From the NCBI GenBank assembly GCA_018335675.1, contig JAGXRQ010000095.1, forward strand, positions 16,046-80,045: 64,000 nucleotides of DNA. The letters run 5' to 3'. Positions 9,825 to 19,341 of the stretch are shown here, piece by piece; position 1 is the stretch's first letter, and each line of letters starts with the position of its first letter. The notes under the pieces were generated by a model, which was not told the DNA's origin, searched no databases, and saw only the letters and a program-made list of their open reading frames with translations. The translations under genes and the position numbers were made by a program. The DNA is from Bacteroidota bacterium. Its GTDB lineage: Bacteria; Bacteroidota; Bacteroidia; Bacteroidales; UBA7960.

Positions 9825-10691
9825 TTACTGCCCCAGATAAGCTTTAAGCAGTTTACTTCTAGAAGTATGCTTAAGTCTTCTGATAGCTTTTTCTTTAATT
9901 TGTCTAACTCTTTCTCTTGTAAGGTCAAACTTTGCACCTATTTCATCAAGAGTAAGTCCATGATTCATCCCAATACCGAAATAAAGGTTAATTACATCTC
10001 GCTCTTTCTCTGTAAGAGTTGCTAGCGAGCGTTGAATTTCTTTTGCAAGAGATTCGTGTATCAGACTTGAATCTGCATTTGGAGAATCGTTGTTGATATA
10101 TACATCCAATAAACTGGCATCTTCACCTTGCACCAATGGAGCATCAACAGATACATGGTGAGTAGAAATTCTGAATGACTCAGCAATTTTATCCACATGT
10201 ATATCAAGCGCTTCTGCAAGTTCTTCAGCAGAAGGTGGTCGTTCAAATTTCTGTTCAAGGCGCGACGCCTCTTTTTTGATTTTATTTAAAGAGCCAACCT
10301 GATTTAAAGGAAGCCTAACAATTCTAGATTGTTCAGCTAAAGCCTGAAGAATAGACTGTCTAATCCACCATACAGCATAAGAAATAAATTTAAAACCACG
10401 GGTTTCGTCAAATCTCTTTGCTGCTTTAATCAATCCAAGATTACCCTCGTTTATAAGGTCAGGTAGACTAAGTCCTTGATTTTGATATTGCTTAGCAACA
10501 GAAACCACAAAACGTAAATTAGCTTTTGTCAATTTTTCAAGTGCCGCCTGATCACCTTGCTTTATTCTTTGAGCAAGCTGAACCTCTTCTTCTGCTGTAA
10601 TCAGAGGAACTTTACCAATCTCCTGCAAGTATTTATCCAGGGAAGCTGTATCACGGTTTGTGATTGATTTCGAAATCTTTAATTGTCTCAT
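9825..10691 (-). CDS. rpoD: RNA polymerase primary sigma factor (sigma-70 family, SigA)
   Basis: 288 aa. Region 2 ([13 protein letters not shown]), region 3 and region 4 ([24 protein letters not shown]) are present. The short N-terminus is typical of Bacteroidota SigA. Confidence 0.93.
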   Translation of the reverse strand: MRQLKISKSITNRDTASLDKYLQEIGKVPLITAEEEVQLAQRIKQGDQAALEKLTKANLRFVVSVAKQYQNQGLSLPDLINEGNLGLIKAAKRFDETRGFKFISYAVWWIRQSILQALAEQSRIVRLPLNQVGSLNKIKKEASRLEQKFERPPSAEELAEALDIHVDKIAESFRISTHHVSVDAPLVQGEDASLLDVYINNDSPNADSSLIHESLAKEIQRSLATLTEKERDVINLYFGIGMNHGLTLDEIGAKFDLTRERVRQIKEKAIRRLKHTSRSKLLKAYLGQ

Positions 10692-10763
10692 ATATTTTTA
10701 TAAGTATTTAAATTTCAGGGAGTAAGCAAGTATTTAATTGAGCTATATGTTCAAAAAAGTGCA

Positions 10764-10771
10764 CAAAGGTA
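10764..10771 (-). promoter_or_regulatory. candidate -7 promoter element for rpoD
   Basis: The minus strand reads TACCTTTG (TAnnTTTG) about 73 nt upstream of the rpoD ATG. Confidence 0.4.
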
Positions 10772-10830
10772 CAAAAATTAACTGACTTTCACAAACTAAA
10801 TATGAGTGTGAAATTTGCTAAATATTTTAC

Positions 10831-10868
10831 GTAAAACAGGCTAATTTGTTACAGTTAAATTAGCCTGC
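10831..10868 (-). terminator. hairpin / weak terminator downstream of htrA
   Basis: 11-bp stem CAGGCTAATTT...AAATTAGCCTG with short T runs on both sides. Confidence 0.4.
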
Positions 10869-10905
10869 TTTTATCTTAACAATAATTTAAGACAGAAGTT
10901 CAATT

Positions 10906-11004
10906 AAGTCGGAAGTCGACAGTCGATAGTCAACAGTTGACAGTCGATAGTCAACTGTTTTATAATCTTCAATCTTAAAAATCTTACAAATCTTCAATCT
11001 TGAA
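10906..11004. repeat. degenerate heptamer tandem array (NAGTCGA x7, then AATCTTN units)
   Basis: aagtcgg aagtcga cagtcga tagtcaa cagttga cagtcga tagtcaa, then aatcttc aatctta..aatctta caaatcttc aatcttg. It starts immediately after the htrA stop. Confidence 0.9.
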
Positions 11005-12480
11005 TCAATTCATATTAACACCGTAATAAAATCTGTTGCCATTTGGATAAATGCCTTCTACCAAAATTCCTCCTTTAGCTTCTCCAAGCAAATTTGTAAC
11101 ATCTCTAGAAGTTTTCACTGGCTTTCTATCTATGTGCGTAATAATAAAACCTTCTCTTATGCCGGCATTTCTTAACCTTCCTTGCCTAATCGCCGATATT
11201 CTTACACCATGTTTAATATTCAATCTTTCCAATTCAGATTTTGAAGCTGGTTCAAAATCGGCTCCTATCTTTTGGATTAGGTCTTTTTCTCCTTTTTGAA
11301 CTATCTCAAGATCACCGTGAATATTTCTCATAACAGCAGTTGTCTCAAAAGTTTTTCCATCTCTGTGATACTTTATTATGACTTTTTCGCCCGGACGTTT
11401 TCTTCCTGAAAATTCTATTAATTCAGAAGGAGTATTAATTCTCTGATTGTCCATTCCAATAACAACGTCGCCTGGTTTTATTCCGGCTTCATAGGCTGCG
11501 CTTTTTTCCCTTACGCTTTGAACATAAGCACCTCTGAATATGCTTAATCCAAGTTCTTGAGCAATTTTAGAATTCAGTTCAGATACCTCTATTCCCAAAA
11601 AGCCTCTTTGAACTTCACCAAATTGAATCAAATCTTCGCTAACTTTTTTAGCAATATTTGAAGGAATGGCAAATGAATATCCGGCAAATGAACCTGTTTG
11701 TGACGCAATTGCAGCATTTATACCAATCAGCTCGCCTCTTGAATTTACAAGAGCACCACCGCTATTTCCCCTATTTAAAGCTGCATCTGTTTGAATAAAA
11801 GACTCTATTGCAGTTCCGCCACCCAGAATATTTATATTTCGTCCCTTTGCACTTACAATGCCCGCAGTAACTGTGCTTGTAAGATTAAAGGGATTTCCTA
11901 CTGCAAGCACCCATTCTCCAACTCTAACCTCGTCAGAATCACCAAATGCAAGGAATGGTAACCCTTCAACATTAACTTTTATAAGAGCGAGATCGGTAGT
12001 TGGATCTGTTCCTATAATAATTGCATCATAAATACTATTATCATTGAGGGTAACTTCAATTTTGTCAGCATCCTGAACAACATGATTGTTTGTAACAATA
12101 TAGCCATCTCCACTAATTATAACTCCGCTTCCGGTGGCAACAACAGTTCGCTGTGGCGTTCGGGGTCTTTGAGGACCAAAGAAAAACTCACGAAACGGAT
12201 TGTTATAAAAATCATCAAAAAGATTACCTTTTTGCTCATATTCTGTTCGAATATGCACAACTGAGTTTACTGTCATTTCCGAAACAAGAACAAAATCGGG
12301 TAACCCGCTCGGCAAATTAGATACATAATGCGACAATCTGGCATGATAATCATCAGAAGCACTGCCTGATAAAAAATTCAAATCTGCATTATTTCTACTT
12401 CCTAAAAATAAACTGTTAAGTCCGAGAGCTACAATACCCCCAAGAACTGCCACAAAAAAATAAAATCCAAATCTTTTCAT
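11005..12480 (-). CDS. htrA: HtrA/DegP-family periplasmic serine protease with two PDZ domains
   Basis: 491 aa with an N-terminal anchor. Catalytic motifs TNNHV, DLALIK and GNSGGALVN are present, followed by two PDZ-like C-terminal domains. Confidence 0.9.
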   Translation of the reverse strand: MKRFGFYFFVAVLGGIVALGLNSLFLGSRNNADLNFLSGSASDDYHARLSHYVSNLPSGLPDFVLVSEMTVNSVVHIRTEYEQKGNLFDDFYNNPFREFFFGPQRPRTPQRTVVATGSGVIISGDGYIVTNNHVVQDADKIEVTLNDNSIYDAIIIGTDPTTDLALIKVNVEGLPFLAFGDSDEVRVGEWVLAVGNPFNLTSTVTAGIVSAKGRNINILGGGTAIESFIQTDAALNRGNSGGALVNSRGELIGINAAIASQTGSFAGYSFAIPSNIAKKVSEDLIQFGEVQRGFLGIEVSELNSKIAQELGLSIFRGAYVQSVREKSAAYEAGIKPGDVVIGMDNQRINTPSELIEFSGRKRPGEKVIIKYHRDGKTFETTAVMRNIHGDLEIVQKGEKDLIQKIGADFEPASKSELERLNIKHGVRISAIRQGRLRNAGIREGFIITHIDRKPVKTSRDVTNLLGEAKGGILVEGIYPNGNRFYYGVNMN

Positions 12481-12662
12481 ACTTATCTCCTTTCGTTTTT
12501 ATTTTAATAACGCTTCGAAACACCACAAATTGTAGGCCTTTAGGCAGTTATTGCGTGTTAAATTTTGTTAATTACGCATTGATTTAAATTAACCTTAAAC
12601 AAGAAATCTCAATTAGTTATTTTGTAATTTTGGAGCTGATTATCTATATCAAAAGCAATTAG

Positions 12663-13433
12663 ATGAAAAGGAAAAGAACAACAGAATACAACTTCCTAAA
12701 TTTAGGATTCGGATTGCTTTTGGGCTTCTTTATAGGAGGTGGAATTGCTTATTTGCATTTCAACCGACAAAATGACAGCTTAATATACAATTATTTTCAA
12801 GAATTGTATGAAAAAGCACAAAGTACTTTCCGGCCTAAATATTCCAATGAATACATAGCTCTAAAAGAAAATCATAATATACCGGACAAAACTGATGAAA
12901 AAGATTCACAAAGACGTCATAACTCCGGCTCTGAAATATCTTACATTCACATTGACAACAACATACGTATTATCGCCGACAGCACAGTGCCGGTTTCTGA
13001 GGATTCAGAAATTGAAACTATTACTGAAAATTCAGATTCTTCTACAGTACATGAAAATATTAAACTAATAACAGATAAACTTATTTCAACAAAAGCAATT
13101 GTTTTTGATTTTGAAAGAGCTTCAACAAGCGACGCAACAAGGGATTTAGATTCACTGTTGGGAAATGTTCCTGAAAGAAGAAAAGTACCGGATAATCTAT
13201 TTTACATTGAATATTATGAATCTCCAATAAACTATCAGGGATATAAAATGAGCAAAAACAGGATTATGTTGTATGGAATTTCATCAATAAATGCAGCTAA
13301 ATTTATTGTTTTAAAAAATGAGATTTATTTGAAATATTTAGACGATTATTATTTACTAAAAGAAACAAGCGAATATATGCCATTAAGGCCAATTACAGAA
13401 GCATACATTATCAACCAATTAGAAATTAAATGA
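12663..13433 (+). CDS. hypothetical membrane-anchored protein
   Basis: 256-aa ORF with one N-terminal TM helix (FLNLGFGLLLGFFIGGGIAYL). It overlaps the dapF start by 4 nt (ATGA). No recognisable domain. Confidence 0.5.
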   Translation: MKRKRTTEYNFLNLGFGLLLGFFIGGGIAYLHFNRQNDSLIYNYFQELYEKAQSTFRPKYSNEYIALKENHNIPDKTDEKDSQRRHNSGSEISYIHIDNNIRIIADSTVPVSEDSEIETITENSDSSTVHENIKLITDKLISTKAIVFDFERASTSDATRDLDSLLGNVPERRKVPDNLFYIEYYESPINYQGYKMSKNRIMLYGISSINAAKFIVLKNEIYLKYLDDYYLLKETSEYMPLRPITEAYIINQLEIK

Positions 13434-14221
13434 TTACAGATTTTTATAAATATCATGGTAGTGGCAATGATTTTATTATCGTAGATGATTTTGATAACAA
13501 GATAGAGAAGTCTGTCAAAAACATCCAAAAACACATTAACCATTTATGCAACAGGCGATTAGGCATTGGCGCCGATGGACTAATGTTTTTACAAAACAGC
13601 AAAACAGCAGATTTCAAAATGAAATTTTACAACTCTGATGGAAAAGTAGGAACAATGTGTGGAAATGGTGGTAGATGCATTGCTGCATTTGCATATATGA
13701 AAGGTTATGCAGAGAAAACAATGAAATTTGAAGCCATAGACGGAATACATAATGCTGAAATTATCAACGATGAAGTAAATTTAAAAATGAGCGACATTGA
13801 AGGTTACAAAAGATTTGGAAATTCAATCTTTTTAGATACAGGCTCCCCTCATTATGTCCAATTCGTAAAAGATGCAGCAAGTATTGATGTTATTAGGAAA
13901 GGGAGAAAAATAAGACATGATGATAATATTAATCCCGGAGGCACAAATGTAAATTTTGTAGAAATTCAAAAGGATGCATTGTTTGTTAGAACATTTGAAA
14001 GAGGAGTTGAAGACGAAACATTATCTTGTGGAACGGGAGTAGTTGCCTCTGCTGTTGCTTCTTTCATTAGAGGTTTTATCAAGCCCGAGTATAAAATAAA
14101 AACACTAGGCGGCAATTTGAAAGTAAAATTTACTAGTAATGCTGAGACAGGCCAAATTGAAGATGTTTGGCTGAAGGGCCCCGCAGTTTTAGTTTTTAAA
14201 GGTATGTTGGATTTGGCTTAA
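13430..14221 (+). CDS. dapF: diaminopimelate epimerase
   Basis: 263 aa. GSGNDFII is present, along with both catalytic cysteine motifs NSDGKVGTMCGNGGRC and LSCGTG. Confidence 0.9.
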   Translation: MITDFYKYHGSGNDFIIVDDFDNKIEKSVKNIQKHINHLCNRRLGIGADGLMFLQNSKTADFKMKFYNSDGKVGTMCGNGGRCIAAFAYMKGYAEKTMKFEAIDGIHNAEIINDEVNLKMSDIEGYKRFGNSIFLDTGSPHYVQFVKDAASIDVIRKGRKIRHDDNINPGGTNVNFVEIQKDALFVRTFERGVEDETLSCGTGVVASAVASFIRGFIKPEYKIKTLGGNLKVKFTSNAETGQIEDVWLKGPAVLVFKGMLDLA

Positions 14222-14352
14222 GGGAAGTGACAGGGAAGTGACAGGGAAGTGACAGAAACGTTACAGGAAAAGGTGACAGTAGAAAGTCGCCTCACCCAAC
14301 ACCCGATACCCGATACCCGATACCCGACACCTGACACCTGATACCTGATACC
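14222..14352. repeat. tandem arrays: 11-mer GGGAAGTGACA x3, then heptamer (C/T)ACC(C/T)GA x8
   Basis: Starts at the base after the dapF stop. It reads gggaagtgaca x3 and degenerate copies, then cacccaa cacccga tacccga x3 cacctga x2 tacctga. Confidence 0.9.
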
Positions 14353-14409
14353 AATTATTCTATTATCTCATTTTTATTATTTTTGTTCGCACCTTCAAAT
14401 AAACTAAAT

Positions 14410-14931
14410 ATGAAAACACTAAAAGGCAAAAAGATTCAGCTTAGGGCAATGGAGCCAAAAGATATTGATTTTCTTTTTCAAATAGAGAATGACACAACAA
14501 TTTGGAATGTTAGCAATACCAATACTCCATATTCCAGATATTATCTGGAGCAATATATTATAAATAGTCATAATGATATATACTCTGAAAAACAGCTTCG
14601 ACTTATAATTGAGGCTGACAAAAAAAAGCCTGTAGGAGCAATTGATTTATTCGAATTTGATCCAAAGCATCTTAGGGCCGGAATTGGAATTTTGATTATT
14701 GCCGAAGAAAGAAAAAAGGGATATGCATCAGAAACTCTTGATGTTTTGATTAATTATTGTAAAAACAATTTGTTTTTAAACCAATTGTTTTGCAATATTG
14801 AAGCTGATAATAAAAACAGCTTGAAACTCTTTAAGGATAAAGGCTTTGAAATTACCGGAACAAAAAGAAACTGGATAAGAACTGAAGTCGGCTTTAAAGA
14901 TGAATTATTCTTACAATTGTTTTTCAAATAG
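14410..14931 (+). CDS. GNAT family N-acetyltransferase (RimJ/RimL-like)
   Basis: MKTLKGKKIQLRAMEPKDIDFLF N-terminus and an acetyl-CoA loop EERKKGYASE. Start moved to the ATG at 14410, since the track start at 14383 is a non-ATG extension. Confidence 0.8.
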   Translation: MKTLKGKKIQLRAMEPKDIDFLFQIENDTTIWNVSNTNTPYSRYYLEQYIINSHNDIYSEKQLRLIIEADKKKPVGAIDLFEFDPKHLRAGIGILIIAEERKKGYASETLDVLINYCKNNLFLNQLFCNIEADNKNSLKLFKDKGFEITGTKRNWIRTEVGFKDELFLQLFFK

Positions 14932-14962
14932 AAAATTGGACAAATTTCTAAATCAATTATTT

Positions 14963-16027
14963 ATGGCAAAAAAGAAGAAAAAGGGTAAGTCGAACTTAAA
15001 AAAGATTCTGCTATGGATTTTAGGAGTTGTCGTTATACTCGCATCTATTGCAGGATATAAAATGTATAGCTTTGTTTATGGACCAAATGTTGACCTTAAA
15101 GGCGAAGAAACCACTTATATATACATAAAAACCGGAAGTACTTATAATGAAGTAAGAAATTCTTTTATTGAAGAAGGTTATATTAGAAATGTAAATTCCT
15201 TTGATTGGGTTTCTGAGAGAAAAAATTATCCTAACCTTGTTAAGGCGGGAAGGTTTCTTATTAAAGACGGGATGAGCAATAACGAGCTAATAAATAAGCT
15301 GCGATTAGGCAGGCAAGAACCTATAAACCTCACTTTTACAAATATGCGCACAAAAGAACAACTTGCTGGGCATATTGCAAACCGCATTGAAGCTGACTCA
15401 CTTTCCATAATAAGTTTATTAAACGACAGGTCTGTAATGAATTCATATGGGCATACAGTGGAAAACGCAGCACTATTATTCATACCAAACACTTATGAGT
15501 TTTTTTGGAATACATCAGCCGAGCAACTTTTACAAAGGATGCAAAGAGAATATCAACGATTTTGGAATGATGAAAGGCTAAACAAAGCAGCTTCAATTAA
15601 AATGACACCCCAAGAAATAGGCATAATGGCCTCAATTGTTCAGCAGGAAACAACCAAAGTTGACGAAATGGACATTATTGCAGGTGTTTATGTTAATCGT
15701 ATAAAAAGTAGAATGCCCTTACAAGCTGATCCAACTGTAGTTTTTGCACATAAGGATTTTACAATTACAAGGGTACTAAAAAAACATCTTGAAATAGATT
15801 CACCCTATAATACATACAAATACAGAGGATTACCCCCGGGTCCGATAAGCCTGCCCTCTCCTACTGCAATTGAAAGCGTTTTGAATTATAAAAAACATGA
15901 TTACCTGTACTTCTGCGCCAAAGACGACTTTAGTGGCTATCACGCATTTGCACGCACGTATCAGCAACATTTGGCTAATGCTAGAAAATACCAACAAGAA
16001 CTCAATCGCAGGAATATTATGAGGTAA
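14963..16027 (+). CDS. mltG: endolytic murein transglycosylase MltG (YceG-like)
   Basis: N-terminal KKKKGK followed by a TM helix, and a YceG core (ASIVQQET, LQADPTV, SPYNTY, GLPPGPI). Start set at the ATG at 14963, downstream of the overlap with the preceding gene. Confidence 0.88.
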   Translation: MAKKKKKGKSNLKKILLWILGVVVILASIAGYKMYSFVYGPNVDLKGEETTYIYIKTGSTYNEVRNSFIEEGYIRNVNSFDWVSERKNYPNLVKAGRFLIKDGMSNNELINKLRLGRQEPINLTFTNMRTKEQLAGHIANRIEADSLSIISLLNDRSVMNSYGHTVENAALLFIPNTYEFFWNTSAEQLLQRMQREYQRFWNDERLNKAASIKMTPQEIGIMASIVQQETTKVDEMDIIAGVYVNRIKSRMPLQADPTVVFAHKDFTITRVLKKHLEIDSPYNTYKYRGLPPGPISLPSPTAIESVLNYKKHDYLYFCAKDDFSGYHAFARTYQQHLANARKYQQELNRRNIMR

Positions 16028-16099
16028 TTTAATGTGATTTGTTATCTTTGAAACATAAAGATTATGGTTATAAATTAGTTATCCCTAAAAGTTAAAGTT

Positions 16100-17509
16100 A
16101 TGACAAAGATTATTTTTGGCACTGATGGTTGGAGAGCAGCAATTGCTAAGGAATTTACAGTTGAGAACGTTGCACGAATCAGCCAGGGCGCAGCTCAATG
16201 GCTCATAAACAATAAAGAAAACTTGTCTGTTGTAATTGGACATGATTGCAGATTTGGAGGACCATTATTTGCTGAAACAGCGGCAAAAATCTTCCTGTCA
16301 AACAACATCAAAGTATATTTAGCCAAAGGATTTGTGTCAACTCCAATGATTTCAATGGGCGCATTGCATCACAAAACCGGCTTAGGAGTTATCATTACCG
16401 CTAGTCATAATCCATACACAGACAACGGCTACAAGCTAAAAGGTGGTTATGGTGGGCCACTTATGGAAACCGACATTCACGATGTTGAAAAGCTTATTCC
16501 GGATAATAATATGCATGAAATAGATTCCATTTCACTTGATGAATACGAAAAAAAGGGATTACTAAAATATGTTGATCTTGAAACAATGTATTGTGATTAT
16601 CTGGAAAAGAAATTTGATTTGAAAATGATTAGAAATTCAGGAATGCAATTCGCGTTTGATGCAATGTATGGTTCAGGTCAAAATGTAATGCGTAGGTTGT
16701 TTCCTGATATAACGCTTTTGCATTGCGAACACAATCCTCTATTCAACTATATTTCACCCGAGCCATTATTAAGAAATCTTCAGGAAATGTCGGATGTTAT
16801 AAGAATTGCCGAAGATATCGACTGTGGTTTGGCTATTGATGGAGATGCAGACAGAATTGCATTATTCAACCATAAAGGAGAATACATTGATTCTCATCAC
16901 ATTCTGCTGCTGCTAATTCATTATTTGAATAAATACAAAAAACTTGATGGAAAAGTTGCTACCGGCTTTTCTTCAACACAGAAAATAAAAAAACTTTGTA
17001 AGCTTTATAATTTAGATCTGGAAATTGTAAAAATAGGTTTTAAACATATTTGCGGGTTAATGCTTACAGAAAATATCCTTGTTGGAGGTGAAGAATCAGG
17101 CGGAATAGCAGTAGCAGGCCATATTCCGGAAAGAGACGGTATTTATAATGGAATTCTTATATGGGAGTTTCTTGCTAAAACTGGAAAGTCGCTTCAGGAT
17201 ATTATTGATGAGATTTATGAATTAACAGGTTCGTTTGCTTTTGAAAGATCTGATCTTAGAATTTCACAAGAAGACAAACTGCGCATTGTAAAAAACTGTG
17301 AACTAGGAGCTTACAAAAACTTCGGGAAATATAAAGTTGAAAAAATAGAAACTCTTGATGGCTTTAAATACTATTTCAACGATGATGAATGGTTGATGAT
17401 TAGGCCATCCGGCACTGAACCTGTTCTTCGCACATATGCCGAATCATACACTAAAGAAGATGCCTTAAAAATTCTCAAAGCGGGCTATGATACTATCATG
17501 CAAAAATAA
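16100..17509 (+). CDS. alpha-D-phosphohexomutase (phosphoglucomutase/phosphomannomutase family)
   Basis: 469 aa with FGTDGWR, the phosphoserine loop TASHNP, the metal loop DGDADR, and GEESGG. Confidence 0.85.
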   Translation: MTKIIFGTDGWRAAIAKEFTVENVARISQGAAQWLINNKENLSVVIGHDCRFGGPLFAETAAKIFLSNNIKVYLAKGFVSTPMISMGALHHKTGLGVIITASHNPYTDNGYKLKGGYGGPLMETDIHDVEKLIPDNNMHEIDSISLDEYEKKGLLKYVDLETMYCDYLEKKFDLKMIRNSGMQFAFDAMYGSGQNVMRRLFPDITLLHCEHNPLFNYISPEPLLRNLQEMSDVIRIAEDIDCGLAIDGDADRIALFNHKGEYIDSHHILLLLIHYLNKYKKLDGKVATGFSSTQKIKKLCKLYNLDLEIVKIGFKHICGLMLTENILVGGEESGGIAVAGHIPERDGIYNGILIWEFLAKTGKSLQDIIDEIYELTGSFAFERSDLRISQEDKLRIVKNCELGAYKNFGKYKVEKIETLDGFKYYFNDDEWLMIRPSGTEPVLRTYAESYTKEDALKILKAGYDTIMQK

Positions 17510-18416
17510 AGCAATTGTATTTTTGCTTTGTGCAACTTCTTTTTTAAAAATTGTTAGTGCGCAGACTGTTGAAACCGACAGTCTGCCTTCTATTAATAAC
17601 ACTAGACTTATTATATCAAGTGCAACCATTGCCACAGGCTACACCACAGCAATAATACTTCTTGATCAGGCATGGTATAAAAATTATCCGCGATCCTCAT
17701 TTCACTTTCACAACGATAACGCCGACTGGCTACAAATTGATAAAATGGGTCACTCCATTTCTTCATATTATTTAAGCATCTTAAGTTATAAAACTTTTAG
17801 CTGGGCCGGGTTAGATAATAAAAGTGCAACATTATGGGGCAGTTTATCCGGTTGGGCATTTATATCAGTTATAGAAGTTTTGGATGGTTTTTCTGCTGAA
17901 TGGGGCGCTTCTACGGGCGATATTGTTGCCAATACATTTGGAACTGCGCTATTTACAACACAGCAACTCACCTGGGAAGAGCAAAGAATTAAACTAAGAT
18001 ACTCATATCATAAAAGCGGACTTGAAGTTTACAGACCAGATTTGCTGGGAACAAATCTTGCCGAAAATATGCTCAAGGATTATAATGGTATAACATCCTG
18101 GTTATCATTCAACATAAACTCTTTTGCAGGCGAGAATTCTATAATTCCGCCTTGGCTTAATATAGCAGTTGGTTATGGCGCTTCCGGAATGTTGGGAAGT
18201 ATCTCAAACCCTTCAGAGCACAACGGCCAGCCTCTGCCCTACTACAAAAGAACAAGGCATTTTTATCTTTCACCTGATGTTGATTTTGGGAAAATTAAAA
18301 CAAATTCTACTTTTCTAAAAAGCGTTTTCTCTTTGTTCGACTTTTTGAAAATGCCGGCACCCGCAATTGAATATAGTAAAGAGTATGGATTGCAATTTCA
18401 TTTGGTGTTTTTTTAG
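17487..18416 (+). CDS. DUF2279/YfiM-like outer-membrane-associated protein
   Basis: 309 aa with a signal peptide and a DKMGH motif. The family assignment is from memory only. Confidence 0.45.
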   Translation: MILSCKNKAIVFLLCATSFLKIVSAQTVETDSLPSINNTRLIISSATIATGYTTAIILLDQAWYKNYPRSSFHFHNDNADWLQIDKMGHSISSYYLSILSYKTFSWAGLDNKSATLWGSLSGWAFISVIEVLDGFSAEWGASTGDIVANTFGTALFTTQQLTWEEQRIKLRYSYHKSGLEVYRPDLLGTNLAENMLKDYNGITSWLSFNINSFAGENSIIPPWLNIAVGYGASGMLGSISNPSEHNGQPLPYYKRTRHFYLSPDVDFGKIKTNSTFLKSVFSLFDFLKMPAPAIEYSKEYGLQFHLVFF

Positions 18417-18483
18417 AGGAAATTGCCTTGTAAAAGAGATTTTTCTATTGGCAGAAATTCTTGAATTAACAAAAGAAAAACAC

Positions 18484-18491
18484 TATTTTTG
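18484..18491 (+). promoter_or_regulatory. candidate -7 promoter element for the MNT/HepT pair
   Basis: TATTTTTG lies 20 nt upstream of the ATG at 18511. Confidence 0.4.
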
Positions 18492-18510
18492 TGTTAACAA
18501 TATTACTCAT

Positions 18511-18819
18511 ATGACCAACAGAGAATACATAATTACTACAATAAAAAAACACAGATCCGAACTTTCAAAATATGGAATTAAGGAAGTTGGGCTGTTTGGT
18601 TCATATTCAAGAGAAGAACAATCAACCCATAGCGATATTGATATACTTATTGATTTTGAGAAGGATAGAGAAAACTATGATAATTATATGGCTGTTTTTG
18701 ACATCTTTGAAAAAATTTTCAAAAATGAGAAAGTTGAGGTTGTTACAAAAAATGGGTTAAGTCCTTATATTGGGCCTAGAATTCTTAACGAAGTTTTATA
18801 TGTATTAAGAGCCACTTGA
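18511..18819 (+). CDS. mntA: nucleotidyltransferase-domain antitoxin (MNT/MntA family)
   Basis: 102 aa. GLFGSYSREEQSTHSDIDILIDF is the minimal nucleotidyltransferase GS...DxD signature. Start moved to the ATG at 18511. Confidence 0.8.
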   Translation: MTNREYIITTIKKHRSELSKYGIKEVGLFGSYSREEQSTHSDIDILIDFEKDRENYDNYMAVFDIFEKIFKNEKVEVVTKNGLSPYIGPRILNEVLYVLRAT

Positions 18820-19144
18820 ATACTTAAAGCATATTAGAGATGAGTGCGCATATGTTTTATCAGTTGTCAATCAAGACACTGCAATAGATGATTTTTTAAA
18901 CGATGAAACACTAAAAAGAGCTATTGTCAGAAGTTTAGAGATTATTGGTGAGGCCACAAAAAAAATTCCGGATGATTTTAAAAATAAATGGGGTACTATT
19001 AATTGGAGAAACATGGCGGGTATGAGAGATCGTTTAATTCACAATTATATGGGAGTTAATTACTCAATAGTATGGGATGTTGTTAAAAACAAGATTCCTG
19101 AACTTCATGAACAGATTCTACACGTTATAGAAAATAATAATTAA
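18809..19144 (+). pseudogene. hepT: HepT (DUF86) toxin homolog with no canonical start codon
   Basis: The open frame EPLEYLKHIRDECAYVLSVV...EIIGEATKKIP...MRDRLIHNYMGVNY...ENNN* contains the RX4HXY active-site motif (R-DRLI-H-N-Y). No ATG, GTG or TTG occurs before codon ~69. Just upstream in frame is ATG TAT TAA (18800-18808). Absent from the ORF track. Confidence 0.7.
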
Positions 19145-19149
19145 AAGAG

Positions 19150-19340
19150 CTGCGATATGAGGGAGACGTGCCTTCCCTGCACGGCTCTGATTCAAACCAC
19201 CATTTTCACAATTCCGCTGACATCAGACATACAAGCATTTAAGAAAATAAATCTCGCAGCGCCCGGATTGTGTTTTACATCTCATTCTACAAAACCGTAA
19301 ATCCTACGGATTAGTGATTGCAAGATTTGAAGATTGTTTT
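19150..19340. repeat. composite hairpin repeat, partial copy C
   Basis: Aligns to the 3' two-thirds of copies A and B. Shared pieces include gagacgtgcc..gcacggctc, aaaccaccattttc.., cgcagcgcccggattgtgt, ctacaaaaccgtaaatcctacggatt and aagatttgaagattg. Confidence 0.7.
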
Positions 19341-19341
19341 T

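Noticed and set aside
18572-18760. 62-aa alternative-frame ORF inside the MNT gene
   Set aside because: It overlaps the confidently assigned nucleotidyltransferase frame and has no independent support.
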